A DNA stretch of 64,000 bases, taken from positions 1 through 64,000 of IMG/VR virus record IMGVR_UViG_3300033520_000026. One strand, given 5' to 3'. Shown here in pieces: positions 26,550 to 35,204 of the stretch. How positions within the stretch are numbered: the first letter of the stretch is position 1; each line of letters begins with the position of its first letter. This stretch comes from an uncultured virus (IMG/VR IMGVR_UViG_3300033520_000026). Its lineage: Duplodnaviria > Heunggongvirae > Uroviricota > Caudoviricetes. The position numbers were made by a program, and so were the translations under genes. The notes under the pieces are model-generated. The model did no database searches. It saw nothing but the letters and a program-made list of their open reading frames with translations, and was not told the origin of the DNA.

Positions 26550-26564
26550 AGGGATGCGTGGAGG

Positions 26565-26900
26565 ATGAATTCAAGCGACCGATTGCGTGCTTTGCTCGAC
26601 GATTTGCCTCCGGCTCCCCGAAGGGTTGTGCTGTCTGAGGCTGACGAGCGGATAATGCGGTCGTTGCGGACTCAGGGGGAGCGTGCGGTACGAGGTCGGC
26701 TTGTGACGCGCTATCGGTTTGAGGCGGTGGAGAGGCCGCGTGGGATTTCGTTGGTTATGCGGATCGAGGGGCGGCATGCGATGTCTGTGGCGCAGCAGCT
26801 TGCCAAGCGGTTTGGCATGGCGGAAGATATTGGGAATGCCGAGGTGACCCGCACCGAGCGGGGGGCCGTGTTGGAGCTGCGGCCACGGGAGACGCGATGA
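26565..26900 (+). CDS. Hypothetical protein (variant leader RLRALLDDL..VLSEA)
   Basis: GGAGG directly upstream; tight packing. Confidence 0.6.
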   Translation: MNSSDRLRALLDDLPPAPRRVVLSEADERIMRSLRTQGERAVRGRLVTRYRFEAVERPRGISLVMRIEGRHAMSVAQQLAKRFGMAEDIGNAEVTRTERGAVLELRPRETR

Positions 26901-27052
26901 TTGTCGAGGTAAAGAAGATCCAGAGCACGAGGAAGGGTCGAAAATCTTCGGTTGATTTGCGGCGGTCTCGCACGTCGGGTATTGTGCCGTTGCCGATATC
27001 CATGAGCACCAATGCGCCGTTGCCGGCGGTCCCAGCCACAGGCGGGCCATAG
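26897..27052 (+). CDS. Small basic hypothetical protein (51 aa, MIVEVKKIQST...)
   Basis: ATGA overlap with the previous stop and exactly fills the gap; not in the ORF track. Confidence 0.4.
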   Translation: MIVEVKKIQSTRKGRKSSVDLRRSRTSGIVPLPISMSTNAPLPAVPATGGP

Positions 27053-27061
27053 GAGAATCTG

Positions 27062-27397
27062 ATGAACGCGAAAATTTCCAAGATGAACACCATGCGGAAG
27101 ATCATGCGCGAGGTTGAGCTGTCGAGCGGCGGCGAACCGATGGGCGAGGCAGTGAACGCGGGGCTGATAGACCGCATGGCGAAGGCCATGTTGAACAGCC
27201 CGAAGCTGGACCCGCTGACGGGGCGCATCTTCGACACGGACCAGTTGGAGATGTTCCATGGGTTGATGTTGGAGCCCTTGCGGGCTCTGATTGCGAAGGC
27301 CCTGGACGTCGCCGGCGTGGAGGTTTCCGGTGGCGTGTTGGCCAAGGCAGGCAGGGAAATGAAGAGCGCAGCACGGGGCGACATCGGCGTTGAGTAG
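27062..27397 (+). CDS. Leader-bearing hypothetical protein
   Basis: MNTMRKIMREVE motif near the N-terminus; RBS AGGAG. Confidence 0.65.
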   Translation: MNAKISKMNTMRKIMREVELSSGGEPMGEAVNAGLIDRMAKAMLNSPKLDPLTGRIFDTDQLEMFHGLMLEPLRALIAKALDVAGVEVSGGVLAKAGREMKSAARGDIGVE

Positions 27398-27413
27398 ACG
27401 CCTGGAGGCAAGC

Positions 27414-27743
27414 ATGACGTTACGCAGGTTGGCTCATGAAGTGCGGCGTGCTTTGGAAGAGGCAGCGCCGGAGTTTCGATCCGGGCGCGCTGAAGTGGAG
27501 CGCTTGATCGACGCCATGCTGTCGGGGTCGCAGGTGTCGCCAAAGGCACAGGCGGTCATCGGCAAGGACGGCGACGTGAACGCGCTTGTGGCAGAGCTGC
27601 GCCTAGCGCTGTACCCCATCGTCGTACACACCCTGCAAAAGCTCGGCGGTAAGGTGAGCGGGTCGAGCAACGTGAAGGCTGCCTTGCGCGGCCTGGCCCG
27701 GGAGGAGCGCGAGCACCCCCCGAGGCCCGCCGTGGAGCTGTAG
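27414..27743 (+). CDS. Leader-bearing hypothetical protein, weakly similar to ORF 27062
   Basis: GGAGG RBS, MTLRRLAHEVRRALEEA; both proteins have LID..ML.S and (E/K)VSG segments. Confidence 0.6.
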   Translation: MTLRRLAHEVRRALEEAAPEFRSGRAEVERLIDAMLSGSQVSPKAQAVIGKDGDVNALVAELRLALYPIVVHTLQKLGGKVSGSSNVKAALRGLAREEREHPPRPAVEL

Positions 27744-27755
27744 GCGACTAGGCGA

Positions 27756-28217
27756 CTAGGCGGTCTGGAGGGCAGCGTCGGCGGCGGCGGCGGTGACTTC
27801 GACCACTTCCCCTTTGAACTTGGCAGCGCCAGAGACTTTCGTCTTGGGCAGGCTGTTCTTGACATCCGCGAAGATGGCAGAGATGCGACCTTGAGGGTCG
27901 TACTCTTCGACGAGCGCCTGGCGATTGGTCTTGTTGACCTTGGCGTCGCCGTTGACGGACTGCTTGGCGAGGTCGGAGATGATCTCGCAGGCGCGTTCGC
28001 GGGTGCATCCGCTCATCTTGAGCGCGATGATGAGGAACTCTTCGGAGAGAAGGCTCGAAGTGGAGGTCTTCTCGGTGTCAGGACCGATCTCAAGGGAGCC
28101 GGAGATGTGGACGGTGACGTCCACGAGATGTTCGCCCGGGGTGAGGGCGGAGCGGGCGTCTTTGGCGTCCTTGTCTTTGACGGCCTTACTGATGGCGATG
28201 ATACTGGCGTTGTCCAT
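27756..28217 (-). CDS. Hypothetical protein (153 aa, MDNASIIAISK...)
   Basis: AAGGAGG RBS on the minus strand; own promoter upstream. Confidence 0.75.
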   Translation of the reverse strand: MDNASIIAISKAVKDKDAKDARSALTPGEHLVDVTVHISGSLEIGPDTEKTSTSSLLSEEFLIIALKMSGCTRERACEIISDLAKQSVNGDAKVNKTNRQALVEEYDPQGRISAIFADVKNSLPKTKVSGAAKFKGEVVEVTAAAADAALQTA

Positions 28218-28270
28218 ATGAGCCTCCTTGTGCGACCGAGCATCCGCGCTCGGCATCTTGCCTGTCTCTC

Positions 28271-28299
28271 AATTTAACCGCTCACATTTTGTTTGTCAA
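28271..28299 (-). promoter_or_regulatory. Sigma70-type (early-like) promoter
   Basis: Minus strand gTTGACAaac..17 bp..TAAATT. Confidence 0.7.
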
Positions 28300-28337
28300 C
28301 AACTGCGTTTGCGCTTTTTTGGAGAAAAGACTCCCAT

Positions 28338-28417
28338 GAAAACGGAATAGTTATTGGATATTCCTTGGGCGATATGCAAAATCCCGAGGTCGTCCAGAAC
28401 CGACCGGATAAATATGC
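28338..28417. repeat. 80-bp non-coding repeat, copy 2
   Basis: Matches 5052-5131. Confidence 0.9.
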
Positions 28418-28445
28418 TGGAAAAGGGGACGAACCCAGGTTCGTA

Positions 28446-28739
28446 TCAGGCGTCGTCGTCATCGTCACCGGATTCCTTTCGCGTGAGCAGGATCGCCGGC
28501 CCGGCGATGTAGTCGCCTTCCCGCAGGTAGGGGGCGACGTAGGCGGTGGCCAGCAGGTTGGGTGGCAATCCGTGCAGCTTGCCTTCCTCGTTGATGCAGA
28601 GGATGAGTCCCTCTTGATCCAGCGTGACGAATTCGATGTAGCCGCCCACCAATGATTGCAGCTCGTCCAGGTCGAACGAGGCACCTTTGTTTGGGGTGAT
28701 CCATGTGGCTTCGCCGGTCACGGGGATGAGTCGTGCCAT
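28446..28739 (-). CDS. DUF3846-like phage protein
   Basis: LDELQSLVGGYIE..INEEGKLHGLPPN..AT..DYIAGPAIL. Confidence 0.75.
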   Translation of the reverse strand: MARLIPVTGEATWITPNKGASFDLDELQSLVGGYIEFVTLDQEGLILCINEEGKLHGLPPNLLATAYVAPYLREGDYIAGPAILLTRKESGDDDDDA

Positions 28740-28964
28740 TTATTTCCTCCCGAGGTGGCGGGCGATTTCTTGGAGCGCCCTAGTTTGTTCTTCTTGCGTG
28801 CGCACGAGGCGTTCGAGCAGGGCGTCGGCCTGACGTTGCTGGTAGGTCGTCTCGGCGTGTGCCGGTGACGCGACCAGCGCGGCCAGTGATCCGCCCAGGA
28901 CGAAGACAAGCAGGACGAACAGGCCCACGAACATCCAACGTGGAAGTGGAAACTCTGGTCCCAT
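28740..28964 (-). CDS. Small membrane or signal-peptide protein (74 aa)
   Basis: Hydrophobic helix followed by AHA|E and a coiled-coil-like tail. Confidence 0.55.
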   Translation of the reverse strand: MGPEFPLPRWMFVGLFVLLVFVLGGSLAALVASPAHAETTYQQRQADALLERLVRTQEEQTRALQEIARHLGRK

Positions 28965-28966
28965 GG

Positions 28967-29335
28967 TCAACTCCAGACCAGGGCGGTGTTGAGGAGGATG
29001 CACGTCGAGACGACCTTGAGGAGGCCGTGGATGCGCTCGCGCTCGCGCTCCTCGGTGGTCCCGCAGTCGACGACTCCGCAGCGTTCGGGACCGGGGCGCT
29101 GGAGGACGGTGGCTTCGCAGGAGTACACCTCGCGTTGGTTGAGGGCGCGGAGCAGGTTCCGGGTCACGGCGTAGAGGTCGGCGACCGGGACTTCGCCCGT
29201 GGAATCGTTGGGGAGCCCGGCTACGTCCATCATGCGGGATGCGTTGCCGTTGGAGAAGTTGATCCACGCCTGGGGCTCGGGACCGTATGGGCCCTCGATC
29301 TCGGGGCACTCGCGGGGTTTGAATGTGACGCTCAT
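28967..29335 (-). CDS. Hypothetical protein (MSVTFKPREC...)
   Basis: AAGGAGG RBS; INFSNGNASRMMDVAGL. Confidence 0.65.
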   Translation of the reverse strand: MSVTFKPRECPEIEGPYGPEPQAWINFSNGNASRMMDVAGLPNDSTGEVPVADLYAVTRNLLRALNQREVYSCEATVLQRPGPERCGVVDCGTTEERERERIHGLLKVVSTCILLNTALVWS

Positions 29336-29583
29336 GCGTCCTCCTTGGGGGCCGGGATGAACCGGCATCCTGGGACTGTGGCCACGATGTCGGCCAGCGT
29401 GCCATACCGGATGACCATTGGCTGGTCTTTCCGGTCGTATTCGCCATCGTCGCGGGGGGCGAGGCACATGTCGTACAGGATCATTCCTTCGGGAATGGCC
29501 CAGGAGATGTCGGACTCGTCGCGGTCGTAGATGCTGGCGATGATGGTTTTTTCTACGAGCATTTGGAACCTCCCGGCGGCCAT
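29332..29583 (-). CDS. Hypothetical protein
   Basis: First gene after the minus-strand promoter; ATGA overlap with the next gene. The start may be the internal Met (MLVEK). Confidence 0.6.
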   Translation of the reverse strand: MAAGRFQMLVEKTIIASIYDRDESDISWAIPEGMILYDMCLAPRDDGEYDRKDQPMVIRYGTLADIVATVPGCRFIPAPKEDA

Positions 29584-29605
29584 CGTTGACCGCCATCTGC
29601 CCTAG

Positions 29606-29633
29606 AATTTAAGGCTGCAATAGCGTTTGTCAA
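29606..29633 (-). promoter_or_regulatory. Sigma70-type (early-like) promoter
   Basis: Minus strand gTTGACAaac..16 bp..TAAATT; same extended consensus as 28271-28299. Confidence 0.65.
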
Positions 29634-29669
29634 CCGAATTTGCAAGCTGAGTATGCTCGGCGTTGCAGA

Positions 29670-29717
29670 TTGACAGGATGAGCACATGATGAGTAAGGTT
29701 TGAGCATGATATGAGCA
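29670..29717 (+). promoter_or_regulatory. Promoter overlapped by four TGAG(C/T)A repeats at 11-bp spacing (putative RHH operator)
   Basis: TTGACA-18 bp-TAAGGT; TGAG at 29679, 29690, 29701 and 29712. Confidence 0.6.
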
Positions 29718-29727
29718 AGGGGTGCGC

Positions 29728-29922
29728 ATGCGTCTGAATGTAGAGTGCCAGGATGATGTGTTGGAAGAGTTTCGCAAGCGGGCAGACGGCATTGGGCGAT
29801 CCGTGTCGGACGTGATCCGCGAGTTGATTGTTGGGTGGGTTCGTTCGGAGCGTCGTGCTGAAGCAGAACGGCTGTCACTGGATGCACAGCTAAAACAAAG
29901 ATGGAGGGATGGAGATGACTGA
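29728..29922 (+). CDS. Ribbon-helix-helix (CopG/Arc-like) DNA-binding protein
   Basis: MRLNVEC..VLEEFRKRA...GRSVSDVIRELI pattern. Confidence 0.75.
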   Translation: MRLNVECQDDVLEEFRKRADGIGRSVSDVIRELIVGWVRSERRAEAERLSLDAQLKQRWRDGDD

Positions 29923-30721
29923 GGAGACAACGACTCTGGCGAAGACGAAGGGGCATCTCATGGATGTGTCAGCGGGCATGCTCGCTGTGGAGTTGCCGTG
30001 TGGATATCTGGATTCTTCTGGCATGGTGCATCGTGATCTCGTGGTTGGGGAGATGACTGGTTACGAGGAGGACTTGTTGGCTGGGAAGGGGCCTATCCTG
30101 CCACGTCTGAATCAGATCATCATGAATTGCACGCGTCGCATTGGTGGATTTGAGGACCGATCTCAGATTGGTGCGGCTGTAAATGGTCTGACCGCGAGTG
30201 ATCGCATGGTGGCGTTCCTGGCTATCCGGCGGGTATCGCTCGGGGATTTCTACGACGTGAAGGTGCAGTGTCCGAACCCAGACTGTCGAGAAGAGGTTCG
30301 ATATGCTCTGAATCTTGCGGACGTGGAGATTCATGCCATGGAAGATCCTACGCAGCGGGTGTTTGTGCATACGCTGAAGTCGGGAAGGGTGGTGAGTTGG
30401 CACATCATGTCGAGCACGGACGAAGAGTGGCTGACCACCAAGACGAAGAAGTCCAAGGATGACGTGTTGACGTTGGGCATCATGGCTCGCGTGGACGAAA
30501 TCAATGGTGTGCCGATCAACCGGGAGAAGGACATTGTTGGGGCCATGGCGTTGCTCAAGGCGTTACCCACGCGAGATAGAAACGACATACGTTCTCTGTT
30601 TGAGAAACATGAGGGACACGTCGATACGAATGTAGATTTTTCATGTCCTTCATGTGAGCATGAGTGGAAAGCGGAATTGAATCTGGGGCAGCCCAGTTTT
30701 TTCTTCCCATCGGCCTCGTAG
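29909..30721 (+). CDS. Tail assembly chaperone / baseplate hub assembly protein (T4 gp26-like) with two Cys pairs
   Basis: LPCGY..EMTGYEEDLL..LTASDR..AIRRVSLG..CPNPDC..CPSC..FFFP; directly upstream of the tape measure gene. Confidence 0.75.
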   Translation: MEMTEETTTLAKTKGHLMDVSAGMLAVELPCGYLDSSGMVHRDLVVGEMTGYEEDLLAGKGPILPRLNQIIMNCTRRIGGFEDRSQIGAAVNGLTASDRMVAFLAIRRVSLGDFYDVKVQCPNPDCREEVRYALNLADVEIHAMEDPTQRVFVHTLKSGRVVSWHIMSSTDEEWLTTKTKKSKDDVLTLGIMARVDEINGVPINREKDIVGAMALLKALPTRDRNDIRSLFEKHEGHVDTNVDFSCPSCEHEWKAELNLGQPSFFFPSAS

Positions 30722-30915
30722 AGCACTTGGAGGCGGAGGTCTTCTTCCTAATGGAGCTACAGGGCGGCACGTATGACAGTGTGATGGCGATGCCCTTCAG
30801 CCGCCGCAAGCGGTTTGTGGAGCAGAAACAGAACCTGGAGACGAGCCGTCGGTCCAACGAGGAGCAGGCAGCGTCCAAAGCGCGTATGCGGGCTCGCACG
30901 CGAGGCAGACGGTAG
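30697..30915 (+). CDS. -1 frame extension of the tail chaperone (G-T type) or gp51-like small protein
   Basis: Slippery T TTT TTC at 30697-30703; the -1 frame reads LPIGLVEHLEAEVFFLMELQGGTYDSVMAMPFSRRKRFV. Confidence 0.65.
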   Translation, partial: FFLPIGLVEHLEAEVFFLMELQGGTYDSVMAMPFSRRKRFVEQKQNLETSRRSNEEQAASKARMRARTRGRR

Positions 30916-30945
30916 GACGCGAACCCGGGTTCGCGTGGAGGCATC

Positions 30946-33900
30946 ATGAATCTGCTGGGGATATCCTGGGGCATGGGTGCGAGGGACGTCGGCATGAAGG
31001 CCGCTGTGGACTCGGCGCAAAAGGGTATTGACAGCCTAAATGAGGGTCTTGAGAAGCAGTCCAAGATCGCGTCCAAGTCGAAGATTCCGGGATTCCTTGA
31101 GGGTCTGAAGCACTTCAACCTTGGGTCCATTGCGCAGTCGGTGCGGGAGATGGCCGGCGACACCGGAAACCTCACAAACTCATTGGAGGCCATGGGGGTA
31201 GCCAACGCGAAGACGGCCAAGCCGTTTGTTGCTGCCATGAACCTGAGCGCGGACGCGGCCCGCAAGATGGTTGGTCGGATTTCTGGCATGGCAATTGGCA
31301 TGAACGTTGGTGCGGAGAGCGTGGCCAAGGTGTTCACGGAGTTCAACCGCATGACGCCAGCGGCCAAGGCGACGTCCAAGGCTCTGGGAATGACCGAGAA
31401 GGACTTTGTGAAGTTCAGCGAGACGACCGGGGTCTCGGCGGCGGATCTGAACGACTCGATATCCAACCTGACTGGTTCGTGGAACATGGCTCCCGAGAGC
31501 GTGGCCAAGTTCTTGAACTCGGTGACGGAGCTTGGCAAGAAGACTGGCGTTGGCATGACGCCTATCGCCGGGCTGAAGGACAACCTTCAATCCCTGGACG
31601 ACATCTTCGAGAAGATGCCTCCTGGGCTCCAGCGTACTGGGGATGAGATCACAGGACTGGTGGAAAGTTCTGTTCGGTTGGCGGGAGCTTTTGCGGCGAA
31701 TGGATCGAGCCAAGAGGACGCAACAAAGGCGGGTGCTGCGACGGCGAAGATGTTTGCCGAGCAATCCGTTGAGGTCGAGCGTTTGATGAAGATGGGGATG
31801 GGGGATAAGGATCTTGCTGCCGCGTCACCATTGATCAAGTACCTGACAGGGCTTGGCATTGGGTTTGAGGAGGCAAAGGACATCGTCGATGTTGGGTCGC
31901 GGGACACCGTAGCAGGCGTCCAGCGGATACAGGAGGCGTTTACCAAGTACAATGTCAGCGGTGCGCAACAGCAGGCCATGCTGTCTGGGCTGAGCGAGTC
32001 GCTTGGAGAGGGCACAGTAGGACTTGGATTCCTAGCGGCGGGCGGTGATAAAGCGGCGGCGTCCCTCAAGGCCATGTCGGACATCACGGTGACGGGCAAG
32101 GACACTCTGAAGAAGTACGGGGACCAGGCGTTCAGTAGCGGGCGCACCATGCAGGAATCCTTGGACCTCATGAAGAGTTCTTTCGAGACGCGGCTACGCA
32201 GCATCGCGCGCAAGGACGTATCCAACTTCGTGGGCGACCTGGGAAAGGCGTACAAGCAGGTTGGAGACGAGACGATAGCGCTGGCAGGGGACAAAAACTG
32301 GGGGCCTATTGTGAAGCGCCTTTCGGCCATGCAGCAGATGGGTGCCAAGGGGCTGTTCATCAAGATGGACGGCGGGTCGAACAAGGAGATGGCGCGGTCA
32401 TCAGCCATGATCGATGCGGTGGGCGGGGCTTTCGATTCGGTGGCGAAGTCCATGGGGCCTGTGGTCAGCATCTTCTCTGAGCTTGTGATCGTGGCCGGGC
32501 CGCTGCTCAAGGTGTTCGGGAAAATACTGTCGAGCCCGCTGGGCAAGTTGGGGCTGTGGGGTGGCGCGATTGCCGGGTTGGCTCTGGGGTTCGACTGGCT
32601 GGCGAAGTCTGGGGTGAAGCTGTCGGACGTGCTGGCCAAGGTGGTGAAGTGGGTGGGCGGCGCTGCGGGGAACCTGGCGGACTGGCTCGGTAATATGGAC
32701 TGGGAGACGCTTGGGAAGAAGCTGGGCGACTTCGCGGTGGAGGCGGTGACGTTCATCCCGAAGGCCATTGCGACCTGGGCGAGCGGGGCGGAGTCCAACT
32801 CGGCGCTGGCCAATGCGGCCTCGACGCTCATGCAGAACATGGGGCGCGCGCTGTGGGCGGCGGCGAAGGGGCTGTTCGTGGCGGCCCGGGAGATCGGCAA
32901 GAAGGCCGTCGAGGCGACGACGCAGTGGTGGGACTCGTGGACGTGGGACGACGTGCAACCGGCCTTCGAGCGGGTGGGGGACAACATCAAGGATTGGTGG
33001 TCGAATCTGACGGCAGACGCGGAGTTCCGGCAGTTCAAGCTGGACGCGGGGCAGTTCTTTGGGGACGCCTTCAATAGCGTCAAGGACGGCGGGCGCAAGC
33101 TGGCGGAGAAGGCGTGGGTGGGGCTCGGGGATGGGATTGCGGCGCTCAACGAGGATGGGGCCGGGCTGCTCCTGGGCGACAAGATCCGCAGTACGGTCCA
33201 GGGGGCGTACCTCTCGGCCTCGTCCTTTGCCAAGAATGCGGCCAACAACTTTGCCAATGAATCCATCGTGGAGCTGTCCAACGTGGATCTGTCCAGCGTG
33301 GACACGCGCTGGGCGACCTACGCGGCGGAGTTTGTGTTGAAATACAAGGGCATGTTTGAGGGGATTCGCAATGCGCTGGGCGGCTTCGTCAAGGGCATCT
33401 TCAACCCGGCGCAATCCTTGTCGAACATGGCGGACTACTTTGCGAACCTATGGGATGCGGCCAAGCAGTTCATCTACGGGCTCGTGTATAAAATGGGCAC
33501 CCTGACGCAGAAGCTGGGGGCCGGGACGGCCGAGTTCATTTGGCAGCTCACGCATCCCGAGGCGCACGCGGAGAAGATGAAGCAGCTCCAGGCGGAGAGC
33601 TTGGTGGCCCAGCGGAAGGACTTGCAGGCGCGCGTGGCGACCGAGATCGCGGGGGTCAAGGAGCAGCGGGCGATCATTGAGAAGCAGCGGGCGAAGTGGC
33701 AGCCGCTGATCGAGCGCTCCATGGGGGGCATCGGCGTGGCCGAGGCGGGCAAGAGTGAGAAGCAGCTCGCCAAGGAGCAGGCGTGGAAGGCGACCCAGTG
33801 GAGCCAGACGGCGTCCGAGGTGACCAGTGCCGCGCGGACGTATGGCAAGGCGAAGGCGTCCCTGGACCAGTTGATGCAGTCGGAGGGCGTCGATCTGGGC

Positions 33901-34824
33901 GGGGTCGAGGTGGCGACGGCGCAGAAGAACCTGGACGACGCGACCAAGGCCATGGAGGCGGCCAAGAAGACGGGGCTGTCCCAGGCCAAGGGGGCGGGAC
34001 TCGGGGACAAGGGCCTGACGGGCGTCGCCGGGGCCATGGACATCCTGGTGAAGCAGCAGGCGGACACGGCGAAGTACGAGGCGCTGGCGCTGGCGCAGGA
34101 GCAGCGGTTGGCGGAGGCGCAGGCCAAGGTGCAGGCGTTCACGCAGGCCAACGCGGCGACGATCACGGACGCGCTGGGGCAGGCGGCGATGGGGGCTAGT
34201 GACGCGGGCATCGCGGTGGTGGACGACTTCGCGCGGGGCATCAACAACCCCGATGCCAACAAGCTCTTGCAGGATTCGGTCTTTGGAGCATCGGACATGG
34301 TGAGCAAGTCGATGACGACGCACTCTCCGATCCTTGAGGGACCGTTGATGGGTGTTGGCGGAGGTGGAGAGTCGGATCCTGCATGGATTGCGGGCCGCAC
34401 GCTCATGGAGTCCATGGCGCTCGGTATCGAGAGCGGTACGACGGTGGTGTCGGAGGCCGTGGCGCGGGCTTTGGACGAGTCTGTGTTTGCTACTTTCGAC
34501 GCCTACAAGATCAAGATGGCGGAGTTAGCCAAGAAGAAGAGCCTCTTAAACGACGTGGCGGACATGATGATGCGCGACTTCGGGAGAGAGGGCAGCATCG
34601 TCAACACGATCACGGTGGATGACAAGACCGAAGACGTGCGGTCTAACATGAAGGCCATGTTGAACGTCCCGGGCCTGGCCGGCGTGACGATGGCGATTAT
34701 GAATGAGGGCGCGAAGCAGCGGGCGATTTTGGACAAGATCCGTGGGTTCACGCAGGTCATCGCGGAGAGCGAGTTGATCAAAAATGGCGGTTCACCAACG
34801 GCGAAGCCAGTAGTGCTTGGATAA
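30946..34824 (+). CDS. Tape measure protein (1292 aa)
   Basis: Long A/G/K/M-rich helical protein with a central hydrophobic segment and periodic Trp/Phe; located between chaperone and baseplate genes. Confidence 0.85.
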   Translation: MNLLGISWGMGARDVGMKAAVDSAQKGIDSLNEGLEKQSKIASKSKIPGFLEGLKHFNLGSIAQSVREMAGDTGNLTNSLEAMGVANAKTAKPFVAAMNLSADAARKMVGRISGMAIGMNVGAESVAKVFTEFNRMTPAAKATSKALGMTEKDFVKFSETTGVSAADLNDSISNLTGSWNMAPESVAKFLNSVTELGKKTGVGMTPIAGLKDNLQSLDDIFEKMPPGLQRTGDEITGLVESSVRLAGAFAANGSSQEDATKAGAATAKMFAEQSVEVERLMKMGMGDKDLAAASPLIKYLTGLGIGFEEAKDIVDVGSRDTVAGVQRIQEAFTKYNVSGAQQQAMLSGLSESLGEGTVGLGFLAAGGDKAAASLKAMSDITVTGKDTLKKYGDQAFSSGRTMQESLDLMKSSFETRLRSIARKDVSNFVGDLGKAYKQVGDETIALAGDKNWGPIVKRLSAMQQMGAKGLFIKMDGGSNKEMARSSAMIDAVGGAFDSVAKSMGPVVSIFSELVIVAGPLLKVFGKILSSPLGKLGLWGGAIAGLALGFDWLAKSGVKLSDVLAKVVKWVGGAAGNLADWLGNMDWETLGKKLGDFAVEAVTFIPKAIATWASGAESNSALANAASTLMQNMGRALWAAAKGLFVAAREIGKKAVEATTQWWDSWTWDDVQPAFERVGDNIKDWWSNLTADAEFRQFKLDAGQFFGDAFNSVKDGGRKLAEKAWVGLGDGIAALNEDGAGLLLGDKIRSTVQGAYLSASSFAKNAANNFANESIVELSNVDLSSVDTRWATYAAEFVLKYKGMFEGIRNALGGFVKGIFNPAQSLSNMADYFANLWDAAKQFIYGLVYKMGTLTQKLGAGTAEFIWQLTHPEAHAEKMKQLQAESLVAQRKDLQARVATEIAGVKEQRAIIEKQRAKWQPLIERSMGGIGVAEAGKSEKQLAKEQAWKATQWSQTASEVTSAARTYGKAKASLDQLMQSEGVDLGGVEVATAQKNLDDATKAMEAAKKTGLSQAKGAGLGDKGLTGVAGAMDILVKQQADTAKYEALALAQEQRLAEAQAKVQAFTQANAATITDALGQAAMGASDAGIAVVDDFARGINNPDANKLLQDSVFGASDMVSKSMTTHSPILEGPLMGVGGGGESDPAWIAGRTLMESMALGIESGTTVVSEAVARALDESVFATFDAYKIKMAELAKKKSLLNDVADMMMRDFGREGSIVNTITVDDKTEDVRSNMKAMLNVPGLAGVTMAIMNEGAKQRAILDKIRGFTQVIAESELIKNGGSPTAKPVVLG

Positions 34825-34836
34825 CAGGAGGCCGAG

Positions 34837-35202
34837 ATGCCTGCACCGACCCCGACCATACCCAAACGGGTGCTGAACGCGACCATGGGATCGCCCATGA
34901 GGTTCATGGACGAGGAGGTCATCTGGGATCTAGAGATGTCGTCTTCGGTGCGGTTTAGAAGGCCGTTTGAGATGCCGAGTTGGGAGGGCGTGACGGACAA
35001 CGAGGTGGAGTACGTCATTGAAGATCCGTGGATGCGGATCGACATCTTAGCCAAGAGTTTTTACGGAAACGAGGAGATGGGGTGGATCATTTCAGCGCGC
35101 AACAATTTGGACCTTCCAGATGTTGAGTTGTACCCAGGCCGGCGCTTGAAGATTCCTATGCGGGCGTGGGTAGAGCGCGTGTTGTTGCGGCAGGGGAGAT
35201 AG
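34837..35202 (+). CDS. LysM/gp53-like baseplate wedge protein
   Basis: RIDILAKSFYGNEEMGWIISARNNL..LYPGRRLKIP. Confidence 0.8.
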   Translation: MPAPTPTIPKRVLNATMGSPMRFMDEEVIWDLEMSSSVRFRRPFEMPSWEGVTDNEVEYVIEDPWMRIDILAKSFYGNEEMGWIISARNNLDLPDVELYPGRRLKIPMRAWVERVLLRQGR

Positions 35203-35204
35203 GG

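Noticed and set aside
27741..27762. Short tandem TAGGCGAC repeat at the convergent gene junction
   Set aside because: Under three units; likely slippage with no evident function.
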